A DNA stretch of 35,760 nt. Source: Jimgerdemannia flammicorona. Its lineage: Eukaryota. Below are positions 21,681-35,400 of the stretch, in pieces; positions within the stretch are counted from its first letter, which is position 1, and every line of letters begins with the position of its first letter. The position numbers and the translations under genes were made by a program. The notes below the pieces were generated by a model, which saw only the letters and a list, made by a program, of their open reading frames with translations, was not told the origin of the DNA and did no database searches. Where the stretch lies: assembly GCA_003990765.1 (NCBI GenBank), contig RBNJ01000240.1:1-35760 (forward strand), in the 5' to 3' direction.

Positions 21681-24600
21681 CATTAGAAATATCTTAGTTA
21701 TAGTAAATTAATATATAATAATATAGCCTGACTATATCATCATATAAAATATTATCAATATATATATATAAATATATAAGCTATTAATAAATAACCAATA
21801 TTTCTTCTCTCTACTCTTTTTCTAAGTATTCTATAACAAAAGGTTATAAGCTCTACTAGTGAAAGCTGATAATAATAAAAGACACTCCTTTAGTATATAT
21901 ATTATATTATGCAAAGATATTATATCTACTAAGAATATCAAATATAAGCCTGCTAAGTAATATAAGTAGAACAGGACCCAGAATGGATACCAGCAGCATA
22001 AGTGTTATAACTATGACTATTCCTATAGTAGTGCTAACAATAACAATAATAAAGAGGATGATTCCTATTTTTGACAGTAAAGATTACATCATATAAAAAT
22101 ACTATATAAAGAATCTCTTAAAAGAATATAGTCTGAAGAACTACTAGAAGCCATTGATATAAATAATGAGATATAATACTATAAAGAATTATAGAGTACT
22201 AAGAGAGATTATATTTATTCTTTTGAATATATAAATGAAACTTATCATCATACTATAATAGTGAACAAAGTTTGAGAGATCTTATATAATTATATTGGCA
22301 GATATCTGCATCAAACAGATTCTGCCTAAAAGTACAACTATTTAATCTCTAAATAAAGTTCAAAAAGAGTATCCAGAACTATATCAACTATATTAATATT
22401 CTGATTAATCAAGTGAATTCTCTTTCTATATTAGCTGATCTTATTAAGAATGAAGACAAGGTTCTGACCCTTATGTGTGATCTTTGAGACATATAATATA
22501 GTTATCACTACTATGAGAGAATCAGATAAACTATTAGACTATAAGTATATTTTTACATATCTTTTAAATGAGAAATAAAGACTAAGTAGTAATGATAATG
22601 AAGATGATGAGAAAGTATTCTATAGAGTATGTGAATGAGACAAAGATAAGCTGAATAAAGGATGAGAACAAAATAAGCAGTGTAATAATTAGTGAGCCAA
22701 ATTCAATAATAAATACTTCTACTATAATAAGTATATATACTATAAGTAAGAATACAATTATAAGAAAAAAGGAAAGGGTGGTCAAGATGAGTAATATAGA
22801 TATATAAATATCATAGATACTAATAGTAATTAAAGTAGTAGTAGTGACCAGTTCTTTATAGAAGTAGTAATTTTTTTTTTTCTTTTTTTTTTATAGTCAC
22901 TCAGACTTTCATTTATTATCACTCAGTCTAAAATAATAATACATATATATCCACAGCCCCTCAGCCAATGTCTCTCAGAACTCTCTCTCCTCTCTCTATC
23001 TCTCCCTATTGAAGGACTACCTACCAACTTGAACCCTCCTACCACACTTTATGCAAATACAGTTCACCAGATTCTGACAGCCCCCCCCATCTGATTCCCA
23101 CCCTCTCCACTAATCATTCAAAATGTCAAGTATCAACTATTCCCAATGTGCTACTCAAGCCTCAACCTCAATCTGCTGGCTCTCTTCAAAGACATAAAGT
23201 CAATGACTGGTCATCTCTATCCAAATTGCCAGGACCCATCCCAAAGTCAGCCATTCATCTCCAACCCTGCCCTCTAGCCTTTGCCAGAGGTCCCCCCATC
23301 TCTCTCCCTCTCCCCCCATCAGGGGCTACAATCTCAGTCTGCTCATAATACTATACCAAAACTCTTCCAAAATCTCACACTCCTCTAGCCAATGTTCAGG
23401 CATTTGTACCACTCCCCCATTCTGTCCAATGTTTATACATTCCTCACACTCAAATACACCATATGCTATCAAGTACCCTGACTGATAATTCAGCATCACA
23501 TTCCACCTTAGGAATCTCCAGCATACTATCCAGAACTTGGAAGAGAGCTACTGCATCACCTGCTTGCTCTAAGGCCAAACACTATTCTAATCTCACTTCT
23601 CATCAATCCCTACTCTTTGCCATACTTCAGGCCACCTGTCCCCCCTGAACCCCTACATATATTCCATTCCATCACCAAGCTAAAAATCCTCCACCAATGT
23701 ACCTTCCAGCAGTAGCCAGTTCTATCTCCACATCTATGGTCACCAGTCCTCCTTCTCCTCATCACTCCTCCATCTAAGTCTAATTCTCCTTGCACTATTT
23801 ACCACTCTCTACTAAAAGCCTTTGTAATACATCCTCCTGCTCTCATCTATGGCCACCATCACAAGCAAGTTACCAGTCACTCTATGAGAGGAATACCAGA
23901 CTTCCCATAACTTCTGTATGAGTGGTACTCACTTCTGGTTCCTCAACTCACTTATCCTCTTCAGCCACCATACTTGTAGACTATAAAGACACTTGGTAAA
24001 GTCTACCAATCTCAGCCCACCCCTGTCAACAGGCTGAGTGAGAACCTCCTAGCCTATCTGACTTTACTGCTCAGCCCAAATTTATGATCTTGCTATCTTC
24101 AGAAGTTGTCTGACTACCTATGCTGAAAAGTCTAGATAATATCATACATATCACAGCTTTGGCAGCCAATACATATTCAGCACTATCACCCTTCCTGCCA
24201 AAGATATATGCTGACCACCCCACTTCAAGAGAATATTCTTCTATACAAGTAGCTACATTCTCACCATATATGGGGCAGAAGGGACCCATATACTGAAAAG
24301 TATATCTCCAAGTACTAGACTGGTTCTTCTGCTAGAACTACTGTCCCAATCATATCACTACCAACTATTCCACTGCTTAGCACCAGAGTCTCACATTTGT
24401 GCCAGTTGAGTCAAGTACTAGAGCCTCTCTCATATCATTCCACCATCCTCCATAATTCCACCACATCCTCTAAAGAACTCAGTCTAACCACTATGTTATC
24501 CAATCTTTTAGTTAATTCCCAAAATGTCCAAACCTCCAATTTGATGCTGGATCCTATCCAATAGAGGTTCCAAGGAAAGGACATAAATGATAGATAATAA

Positions 24601-27600
24601 AGAATTCCCTTACAGCACCCCATGACCTAGTGGAAAAGTCACACCCCTGTGCCTATTCACTATCAGTGCTGCTTGACTGTTCTCCAATAGACCAATTAAT
24701 GATCTCCTGAACTCTGGGGGAACTCCCACATATTGTAGCACTCCCTCTAGTCAGACTCTCCTCACCCTGTCATATACCTTCTCCTGATCCAGGAATACTA
24801 GCCATCCATCAACCCCAGCTATCCAAGCCCCTTCAATTACCCCATAGACTCAGGCAGTGCAATCTTGGATCAACCAACCACCAACAAAACCCCTCTGCTC
24901 CTCTCCTAGAATCTGCTGAGCAATCCTCTATAGTCTAGTTACTAAGATCTTAGTCATTAGCTTTCAATCTATATCAAGGAGCATGATCAGTTGCTAGTTC
25001 TTTCAATCTTCTCTTCTCCTCTTATTCTTATAGAGTAAGGAGACCAGCCCTAGGCACTGGCCCTCAATCCAAGTTTCAGATCTAAGTATCTCATCACACA
25101 TTACTATCATCTCTCCTAGAACTACTGCCACCCCAGCCATCTTCTTCCAAAAATCCCAGGGCAGCCCATCCTCATCTGGAGCCATCTCCTTACTTGTTGA
25201 AGCCAGGACCTTACACACTTCTTCCCACTACACTGGATCTCCCAGCATCTCCAGGCTCAGTACTGGATTTGGATGCCAATCTTCCAACTGCCACTTAATG
25301 TTCAGGGCATCCTCACCCCCCTCTTCATCACTCTATAGATTTCCTCAGTAAGTCTTCAGTAGGCCCAAAATCATAGGAGTCTCTGCCACCATCTCCACAT
25401 CCTCATCCAAGATACCATCCCACCACTATTTAGTTCTCTATACTTGGAGCAACTATGATAGAAACCTAGTGGGCCTCTCCCCCTCCTCCAACTCCTGCTA
25501 CTGCAACTTTGCCACCATCTCCTTTTGCTTAACCTCTTTCTCTATTTGTGGCACTTTCATTAGCTCATCTACTTCTTTTTATATCTGCAGAATTCACCAA
25601 TCAGTCACCTCTCTATCCTTTAATGACCCTGCCCACCTCCCCAGGAGTGCTGCCAATCTCTGTGAAGCCCATTATACTTGCTGCCACCACTGAGCACTTC
25701 TTCCTTTCCTGGCCTCCCTCCAGTACCTCTGAGCACTTGATTTTAGCCTCTACCAGCAATTCCCAATCTCCAGTCCCTGCTCTCACTACCTACCAATCTT
25801 CTCAATAGCTTCTACCTCCCAGTCTGTCCATAAAGGACTATCCTCTAATAAAGAAGAATTCAATCACCAATGTCCAGGCCCATCTCCACTTCCCCCAAAT
25901 CTCCCACTCCCTATCAAACCCCAGTGATCTGACCATGGGCACCAAACCACATATTCCATATTTATCTCATTACTAGCCAGATCCAAGTACTGCTTCACTT
26001 CCAAATCATTCTCTCTTACAGCCTGAGTATCCAGTGCTTTCAAGATTTCCTAATATTCCATCCCATCCACCACCTCTATTTCTGTCTGATAATCCACACA
26101 CACCACTCTCCACTTCTTCAATCCCTTTCTTGAACCCTATAAGTATACTATCTGATTATTCACAATTATTTGTCTCTCTTATTATTTACTTAATATTTAA
26201 CTGATTTCAAGAGCACTACCAGAATCTCATTCCTAACCTTCCTTGGCACCTCCTCACCTCAAAGAATTTCCTCCCAGTATCTATTGCCCATAATCCAGAA
26301 GTCCTCCCCCCTCAGCTCCTCAGCTGCTACTCTCTCCAGAGTCTTCTACAGCTACTTCTCCTCATCCACTATCTCTGCAACCCCCTTTACTACCCCTTTG
26401 ACCCCTACCACAGGGTCCACTAAAGTGCTCCTCCTTACTGACTCATCTCACTCCTCAAGTATGTCCTATAGTTCCTTCTCACTATCTGCTCTGTATAGAA
26501 CCTCATACTGAGAGTATACTTCCTCATCCATTTTGATATCCTCTACTATACTGCCCCATCTCTCCTCACTTGATCTACCTTGAGCTGCACCTTGGGCTGT
26601 CCTGTACTCCCCAGCCCAGGCACTCTCTCTCAATCCTGCACCACCTTCTCTTGTACCACTGCTCATCCCACTACCTCTCAACTTCTCCAGCAGCTTCTTC
26701 TAGATATGCCTTCTCTGCACTTTCTCCCAGATCACCTGGTCTATCCTGATCCTCTTCTCATCCACAATCTCCACCACCATCTTGGCTTCATACTTCTTTC
26801 AAGTCAATCTTCTTCTCTCTACTACTCCTACCAGATCCTCCAGAGTCTCCAGCAAGTCTTTCTCTTTCTCTGTCATCCCTTTCATCTGAGAGATCTTGTA
26901 TTCAACCAGGCCCCACTTAAGAGTTGCCAGCCAGTCCCTCATCTTCCCCATATTCTCCTTTCTAGTCAGTCTTATCTGAATATTGACATCTCCTATCTAG
27001 AGTTCAGTATCCTCCCAGACTCAGAACCTAATGTCTACAATTTCTCGATACCCCTTGACCTCCTCTACAATCAGCTCCCTGGCCCTCTCCCTCAACACTA
27101 TGGGGAAATCCAATACCATCTACTGTACCACTTAGGGGTCTCAGCATATATACCTCACTATAGGAACTACCACTCTACCTACTACTACCCCTTTATCTAC
27201 AGCCTCCAACAATAACACCTCTTCCTCAAATTTAACCTTGACCCCTTTCTTCCCCTTCAAGAACTTCACTGAAGTCACCCCCTTCACCTTCTATACCCTC
27301 AGCCCCAAAATCATCCTCATAGTTACTGTCAAGTCTCAGAAGTACAATATGATGACAAATTCTGATCTTGACTTTTTGAGTAATAGTGCTAACACTATGC
27401 CAGTCATGCCATCTGCCAGGTCTGCAGACCTCATGCTCTCCTCCTGACCTGATCTACCAATAACTATCACATCTGGATTTTTTTCCAAATTCCCAGTCAT
27501 AGCTCTATCAGCAGTCACATCTCCAGTCCCTACTCTCCCCCCCTCCCTACTGCCCAACCCTCTCATGGGGGTCTCTCCCTGTCTCCCAACTGAAGCTATC

Positions 27601-28610
27601 AATGTCTTCCCCAGTCCCAATCAATTATCCAGACCAGATGCTATCTTCCCCATCTTGATCTTATCAGTAAAGATTGTCCTCTCTCTCCTTATTACCTCAA
27701 TCCACCCCTCTCTCTACCTCCAGTACTACAGCCCACCATAGGAGGCTCTGGCATCTCCAATCCATCTCCTTGCCTCCTCCTGACATACTGTCAGTCAAAG
27801 GCACTTCTATCTCCCTGGCTGATATGCTCATCAGTATACTTGTTACTGTCTATATTACTAGTCTCCTTTTACCAAAAATATTGCAGAAAGTGTTATCTGA
27901 GTCTTGTGTCATCTGAATGTTACTAGTTAAAGATATCTGTAGTAACTTATTTATATATAGAGAGAGATATAAAAGTAAATTTAGAAAATATTTATATACT
28001 AATAAAAAATACTCTAATTATTAGTTCTATCAGTTTCAGTACTAGCACTAATGTAAATTATATACCAAATACTTATATATATAGTAAAGAAGTCTGGTTT
28101 ATAGATTCAAGTGTAATATAGTATATGTATAATAGTATACTATGAGTAATTATCTACATATGAGAAGTTCAAATATCTCATGCATATCAAATTAGATGAT
28201 AATAATATCATTTATGCTCAAGACAAGGGTAATGTCAATATATATCTATATAGAACTCTCAGGTACCTCTGTAGATATACTATATATACTAGATATGGAT
28301 AAGAACCTCTTCTCAATAGGCCAGATGATAGCTCAAGGAGATAAAAAAGTAAATATATAACCAAATAGTATATATAACAGTGATTAATCTAAAGAATAAT
28401 AAGAAGCTAATATATGTATCAAAAAAGAGGAATCTATATACAATTAATAGTATGCTAAGTGATACATTATCTATATATTCTACAATAGTAATTAATATCT
28501 AGTATATATAGTATAAATACTTAGAATATATCAATAAGATGAGTTTGGAATAAATGATAAAGAGTAAATCTATATAGTGTAGTATACAATTTGTATGGGT
28601 CTAGTTGCTG
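21681..28610 (+). mobile_element. Heavily mutated Ty1/Copia relic (5' LTR, gag, PR, pre-integrase), interrupted by a LINE and 3'-truncated
   Basis: Probable short LTR ~21681-21838, then GGTTATAAGCTC (decayed GGTTATGAGCCC Copia PBS); Gag-like PIFDSKDY, SASNRFCLKVQLFNL and NEDKVLTLM; after the LINE, protease VWFIDSSVI*YMY at ~28092, AQDKGNVNI and KNLFSIGQM. Confidence 0.75.
22871..27921 (-). mobile_element. L1/Tx1-like LINE, older near-full-length copy with an internal deletion
   Basis: Poly(A) tail (T run 22871-22892) with AATAAA at 22912-22917; 5' end CATTCAG matches 30374; LEKNPD and ADLADG in ORF1; WSDH, APDEDGLPWDFW and C-terminal CEEC...PEHWLEEC in ORF2; N-terminal endonuclease motifs not found. 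Confidence 0.92.
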
Positions 28611-30116
28611 ATAGATATTATATATAGTTCAATATACTACTAATTAATTATATACTATTGATATCTTTATTTACTAATAATATTCTAGCTTAATGTTCAG
28701 TTCAACTACTATTTGATTTGTTCACATTTCCCATTTGTATCAAGTTGGAGTTGGTGTCATATTGAAGTTTATATATTATGAGTCCTTGGTTATATGACTA
28801 GATATTGGAATGGCAAAAGGTGAAAGAACTATGTTATGGATTCAGGCAATCATTTTTATAGATTTTTTGAGCTCTCTGGCAATTGGTAATTATTTATTCA
28901 TCAAAAGGGCAATCATTCATATCATATATTATCCTTGAGTATGCTGGTAAATTGGTAATTATTCTAGTATTCTATAATAGTATATTCTTCATATCTGATT
29001 TTTAAGACAGTATTTAACTAACTAACTTGACTAGTGATGGCAATAAGAGTGATTCATCTTCTCAGTCTCTGAGCTTCATACTTCAGGTAGATATATTGAT
29101 CTCTAGAATTATTTGTTCTCTTAGAGATAGTGTGTTTCTCTGTAAAACTTTCTTTTTACTTCAAACTAGAACTGACTGAGGTTTATTTACTATAGATCAG
29201 AGGGATATTTATACAGATTTTAGGCTAGATATAAGGCTGGGTAATTGATTAAAACTCACAATTACTATAAGATACTATTTAGTGTACTTTTGAAATTCAG
29301 ATGACTAACTAACTAAAAAAGGCTAGTTTTATATTTGTGATAAATTTGGCTAGTTAAAGTATAGTCACTGTTTGTACAACTAACTAACTAACTTGAATAT
29401 GGCTAGTTAAATATATAGTTACTAACTTACTTATATTTGACTAATAGAGTTATTCTTATATATCTTAAAGTTCAATATGATAGAGATTATATCATTCTCA
29501 TTTTTCTCTTTATTTTCTTCAGAGAGTCCAGTCAAATCATTTTCTGTATTCTCCATAGTTGTATTGGAATCAGTGAGAGGGTCTTGGAAGAGAGAAAGAA
29601 AATTGTAAGCATTATCTTCTAGTAGAATAAGTGGGTTATCATTATTCTCCAAGTTGTCTGAGGGGGTGATATCATTCTATTCTTCAGATCTCTAGTCAAT
29701 AGTGAGGTTATCTACAAAGTAAGGAATATCTGTGGAGTTCTGAGGATAGTGGACTCTCAGAGGAGGGTCTTCAAATAGTACAATCAGACTATAGAGAAAT
29801 TGATCTAGGTTGTTCTCTAGGATAGAGTTCCAAAGATCTTGAACTTCATCACTCTTAACTATAATAGTAGATTGGGTCTCCTCAATAATTATTTTCTCAA
29901 AGTGGTCTGTATAGTGGCTTGTCAATTCTTGAATATCAGAGACTTTGATATTCTTGAGATTGGAAATAGCTTAGAGTGTATACCTGAAGATCTAGTGAAC
30001 TCTTTTGGCCAATTTTTGCACATATCTGTCTATATATATAGTATTTTCAATTTCTTGAAAGCTGGTCTATGAGAACTCCTAACAGAGATGATGTCTCATT
30101 CTTCTTTCTCTAGTAA

Positions 30117-30356
30117 TATTCAGATTATACAATCTTTTGACCCACTTAAGACATCATTTTTGGAGTAAAGATACTAGCAATATAGTAACCAATATACATT
30201 TTGAGATACATGATGGGCAGGGAAGCTCTAGTGCATTCAACTGGCAGTATGTGGAGAGGAGTCATAGCTTGGAGAGAAGTATGAGGGGCCTGCTAGCAGG
30301 AGGATATAAAAGGAGAGAGGGTGGCACTGGGGGACAGAGAACTAGAAGGGTGAGCC
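30117..30356 (+). mobile_element. 5' end of an older related LINE copy
   Basis: Diverged direct repeat of 30374-30613 (RHHFW..., GQGS.SAF.WQ.V.R, MRGLL.GG). Confidence 0.85.
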
Positions 30357-30439
30357 GCATCTCTTTCCAGTACCATTCAGGTTACACAACCTTTGGAAGG
30401 CACTTTCGACATCATTTTTGGCAAAAAGAGACTAACAAC

Positions 30440-32464
30440 ATGGCAACTGACAGACAACCTGAGGTGCATACTGGGCAGGGCAGCCCTAGCGCTTTCGACT
30501 GGCAGCAGGTGGGGAGGGGGCCAGGCCTGGGGGGAGGTATGAGGGGCCTGTTGGTGGGTGGACATGGAAGGGGTGGAGGAGGTGGTGGAGGATTGGGATC
30601 TGGGAGGGCAAGCTTCGTGGAGATGGTAAAGGGGAGACAGCAGGCATCGGGGCTGGAGGGCTGGCTGAAGAAGGGCAAGGAGACCGAGAAGGCGACAGTG
30701 CCGGGGGGTGCGGCCCTTGGAAGGGGGGGCAGTGGAGCTACAGGAGTAGTGGCTGGGGGGGGTGTGACTGCTGATGGTGTGGGGACTGTCGATCTGGAAA
30801 AAAATCCAGATATGATGGCTGATGGCGAGGCTGAGTGGCTGAGGCTTAGACGACAAGGGGACTTGGCAGATGGTGTAATGGGTCTGGCGGTGGCCCCGTT
30901 ACTCAAGAAATCGATTTTGGCATTCGCGGTCACACTATGCTTCCGGGGCCTGGCGGTGACAGCAAAAATGGTGCTGGGGCTCATCACTAAGCAGGTGGCA
31001 GGTACACCATCTGTGAAGTTTTTGAAGGGACTGAAAGGAGTGGAGGTGGGTTTTGAGGAGGCGGCACTGCTGGAGGAGGCGCTGAAGGTGGGATTGGTGG
31101 TTGGAGAGATATGTGTTCCTATGGCATGGTGCCTGAAGTGGGACCCCAGGGTGGTCCAACTGCTGGTGAAGGGAGTGCCGACAGTGACAGCAATGGAGAC
31201 GAGGAAGAGAGTTGAGGATTTTATGGCAGAATATGGTAAGGTAGTGGATATCGGGTTCAGGGTCTGGGAAGGGACCTTGCTCAGGACTGGTGACATGGAT
31301 GTGAGGATTCGGCTAGCTGGGAAGGAAGCCACTGGGAAGGCAAGGGATTGGCCTTCGGCGATGGTCTGGGGAGCGATCCTGTGTAAGGTGACAAGGGTGA
31401 AGGGGAGTGAGGAGGAGGAGGAGGATTTACTGGAAGCACTCGAAGAGCTGGGGGGTGCTGTGGAGAGGTAAGTGAAGGCTTGAGAGGCTTTTGAAGAGGC
31501 GACACACTTGGAGGTGGTGGATGGAAAGTGGATTCAAGTAACCAAGGAGCAGTGGGAAAGAGCTCAGGGGCATAAGAGGCAGAAGAAGTTGCTGGCCAAA
31601 CTGGATAGTGGACCACTGGGGGAGGCGAGAAAGGTGAAGGGCACAGGGGGAGCTGGAGCGAGTGTCTGGGCCGGCGAGGGGGAGGGGAAGGACAAGAAGG
31701 AGGCAGGGGAGGACAAGAAGAAGGATGAGAAGGACCTGTATGCAGATGGTACACTGGAGGTGTGGGAGGAGGACTGGGTGGGCTCCCCTACTCCTACCCC
31801 TCTCATCAGGCGGGGCCCGGCTTCCCGGAATAGGGTGGTGGAAGATGTGCCAATGTGAGGGGCCCAGAGGGTGCAATTCGGAGTTCCGGAGGTGGCATAT
31901 GGGAGACAGGTGGAGGCAGATGGCAAGGAGGAACTGGTGGATGTCCCAGAAGTATGAGATGAGTCTGCAAGTGCTGGAGCTGACACCACAATGTTGGATG
32001 GAGGGAGGCCAGTGACTCCGGGGGGGAAAGAGGTGGGGAACTTGCTTTGGATGTGCCGGATGATGAATAACCTGGTGGCGGAGGAATTGGGGGAAGTGGA
32101 CTTGCGAGTGATGAGTGATGAGCATTGGGTGGGAATACTGCAGGGGGATGGCATGATGAAGGCATTGAAGGTGGAAATTCTTGCAGTATACCTGGAGGAG
32201 GAAGGATATGAGGTGGATAAGGAGAGGGAGGAGGAGATGGTAGTTGTTGCTAGAGAAAGGGCTGAATACTGCTGGAACAAGCAACATGGACTACAGCTCT
32301 GGCAGGAAGCGTGCATCGAATACCGAGAGGAGTTTGAGGAGAAGGCCGATGGCAAGATGAATGAACTGCTGGCTGGATTGGAGGCTCAGAGGGCTGAAGA
32401 GGAGGAGGTGGCTGCAGAACATAATTTAGACAGGACACAGGAGGAGATGAGCATGGAACAGTAG
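30440..32464 (+). pseudogene. LINE ORF1, ~674 codons with about four premature stops
   Basis: ORF-track pieces starting at 30137, 31508 and 31991 share one frame; Gly-rich N-terminus; RRM-like LLVKGVP...EYGKVVDI...RTGDMDVRIRL; acidic, coiled-coil-like C-terminus. Confidence 0.85.
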
Positions 32465-32497
32465 AGGCAGATTGACAATATCACCTATATCATCAAT

Positions 32498-35400
32498 ATG
32501 AATAGTACAACCAACATTTTCTCTTTGAACGTGAATGGGTTATGGGGCGCTTCTCGACGTAGGAACATTTTTACTTGGATGAAGGGATTGGAGGCCGATC
32601 TCTTCCTCTTGCAGGATGTCCGGTGCGAAGATGACTCTGATAGGTTCGAATAGACAAAGGAATGGGGAGGTGCGGCGATTTGGAAGGGCAAGGTTGGGAT
32701 TTTAGTTAGGAAAGGCAGAGGGGAGATACAGAATGTACAGTGCTGGGGGAAGAGACTGGTCTGGGGAGAGTGGATTCGGGCAGGCTGGGAGCCAGTTATG
32801 GTTGGTTCCTGCTACTGCCCTGCAGTATGGGGTGATAGGGTCGATTGGGTGAAAGGCTTACAGGAGAGTGGATTACTTGTGGAGGCAGGGGTGGATGTGC
32901 TAGGGGGAGATTTCAATATGGTTAGGAATATACTGCTGGATAGATCAGATGGAGGCCGAGGTGCTGAGAGCAGGAGTGGAGGGCTGGTGGCATGGGAGGA
33001 AGTAGAGAGGCTGAGTGCACTATTGGATGCTGGAAGAGAGTGCTGGGGGAGTAGGAGGGTCTATACTCATTGGGCAGGGGGTCTGGGGACTAGAATCAAT
33101 TGGATTTTGACAGCATGCTGCTGGGGACTAGATGTTTGGAAATCATTGGAGGTGGAATGGTGTCTATGGTCGGATCACTGGGGGCTTTTGGGACAGGGGT
33201 GCTTTGGGGGAAGTGGGGATGGGCCTGGACATTGGTGCCTCAATTTCTCTTTGTTAGATGACAAGACCCGGTGGGATGAGTGGGCTAAAGACATTCAGCT
33301 GAGGGTGGAGAACTGAAGGCAGGAAGGGGCTGCAGTTGGGACTCAGTGGATGAGGATGAAGGAAATGGCCAGGATTTACTGGAAGGAGGCTGGCAAGGAG
33401 GCAGGGAAGCAGCGAAAACGAAGAGTGCACTGGGCCTCTGCTAGATTGATGAGGCTTCTGGAGGAGTGGGCAAGGCTGACGATGTTGGAGGGTGAAGGAG
33501 ATTGGAGATTAATAAGGGTGAAAATGGAGGTTGGGGAACTTCAACAGGTGCTGCGGGAGGAGGAAGAGGCTAGGGTACAGAGCTTAGCAGCACAGCTTCG
33601 TTGGCAGGATCTGGAGGAAGGAGAGAGGCCTTCCAAGCTTCTTACAAGAGCCCTTTGGGCGAGGCGGGTCCAGCAATGGTGGGAAGGGGTATTGGACTCG
33701 GATGGTGTACTGGTGCATGGTGTACAGGACATTCTTGGATCGCTGAAGGAGAGATGGAGTGGATTGTGGAGTGAGGAGGAGGGTGGGGTGGATACCGCTA
33801 CTATTGAATGAATATTGGAGGATTGGCACCCACCACAAGTTGAAGGGCTAGGGGACCTGGTGATGCCTGTAAAGGAGGATGAGATCCACCAGGTTCTTGC
33901 CATGACAACGTCCGGTATGGCACCTGGGGAGGATGGGCTGCCCTGGGACTTTTGGAAGCAAATGGTTGAAGTCCAAGGGGTGATGGGAGAGATGACAGCG
34001 ATGTGTGACCTTATTCTATGGATGGGTAGATGGGTGGGAGAACAGGACCTTGGGCTGGTGATGCTGCTCTACAAAAACAAAGGAAGGCGGGAGGATTGGA
34101 GGAACTGGTGGCTGATAATGCTGCTAGATATGGACAGAAAGTTGGTAACTAAGGTGGTGGTGGCAAGACTACAGAAGGTGGCCCAGCAAGTCATGGGTGT
34201 TGAGCAGAGGGGATTTGTGGGTGGTCGGCTCATCAGGGATGGCACTGCCTGGGTGCATGGCATCATCAAAGGGGCGAGGGCATGTGGACTGGATGGGCGT
34301 CTAGTTTTCTTGGACCAGGAGAAGGCTTACGACCAGGTGTGGAGAGTCTGGCTGGAGAAAGTTTTGGATAGAATGGGGGTACTGCATCAATTCCGGTCAA
34401 CAATGGTCAGCCTACTGGAAGGGAGCAGGGCTGCGCTCATGTGTAATGGACATAGAGGGGTAGCATTCCCCTTAGGAAGGGGAGTGCCCCAGGGAGATCC
34501 ATTGTCCCCCATTTTGTATGCTCTTTCCCTGGAACTACTTATGGACTGGATTAGGTGGAGGATAGTGGGGCTCTCTGTCTTTGGCATAGGATGGAAGGTT
34601 GGGGCCTTTGCTGATGACATGGTGGTGGGCTTGGGTTTGATTGCTGATGTTGAGGAGCTCAAGAGGACTGTGGAGTGGTATGAGGAACATTCTGGAGCTA
34701 AGCTGAATTGGCATAAGTGTGAGATGATGGTGCTAGATAATGGCCTGGTGGGAGGGGAGGTTATAGGAACAATTGTCCCTACCAGTGAAGCAGTGTGGTA
34801 CTTAGGTATCTACTTGTCAGTCTATGGGTCAGTTTTGCCCAAGCTTTGGTGGGAGCAGAGGATTGGTATCTGGGAGGAGGCTCTGCGGAGTTGGGGGGGA
34901 AGACATTTTTCTCTGGCAGGGTGGGTCTCGATTTTGAATGTCTACTGGCTGCCAAAGTTGTGGTACCTGGCGTATCATCTGGACTTCCCAGCCTGGGTAG
35001 TGAAGAGATTGTTGAAGTCGGCAAAGAGATGGATTTGGGCTGGCAGGTGGAGTCAGATTAGTTGGGAGACCTTGTCCCTACCAGTGGCAAGAGGTGGTCT
35101 TGGGCTGGTTGACTTCCCAAAACAGTTACACTGCTTGAGAGCATGGTGGCTGAAGAGGGTGGTAGAGTTGAGAGGAGGTGGATGGGTTCCTCTGTTACAG
35201 AAGATATGGGAGAGGCAGACATTGCCAAGGGGCTCAACTGGTGATCTCCTCTCCTTGGTTGGGCTTCCGAACACTGCCCAACTACAATATAAAGGATTTT
35301 GGTGGGGAATTGCCGAAGGAGCGCACCGCATTGGCATTCGTTGGCAGGGGAATGAAGGTGAGGAGAATTGGGACCCAGCAATGTGGAGATGGGACCGTAT

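Noticed and set aside
26284..27916. Plus-strand Leu/His/Ser-rich ORFs, e.g. 26580-27215
   Set aside because: Antisense to the decayed minus-strand LINE ORF1.
22844..27946. Possible TSD of the minus-strand LINE (both flanks end in GTAGTAA)
   Set aside because: The longer match needs many transversions, unlike the local mutation pattern; only a 7-bp AT-rich match is exact.
30137..31471. 444-aa ORF as a real gene starting at 30137
   Set aside because: Chimera of an older LINE 5' end and the younger ORF1, whose ATG is at 30440.
30377..32438. Long minus-strand Pro/Ser/His-rich ORFs (306, 286, 263, 159 and 157 aa)
   Set aside because: Antisense shadows of the G-rich LINE ORF1; low complexity and no motifs.
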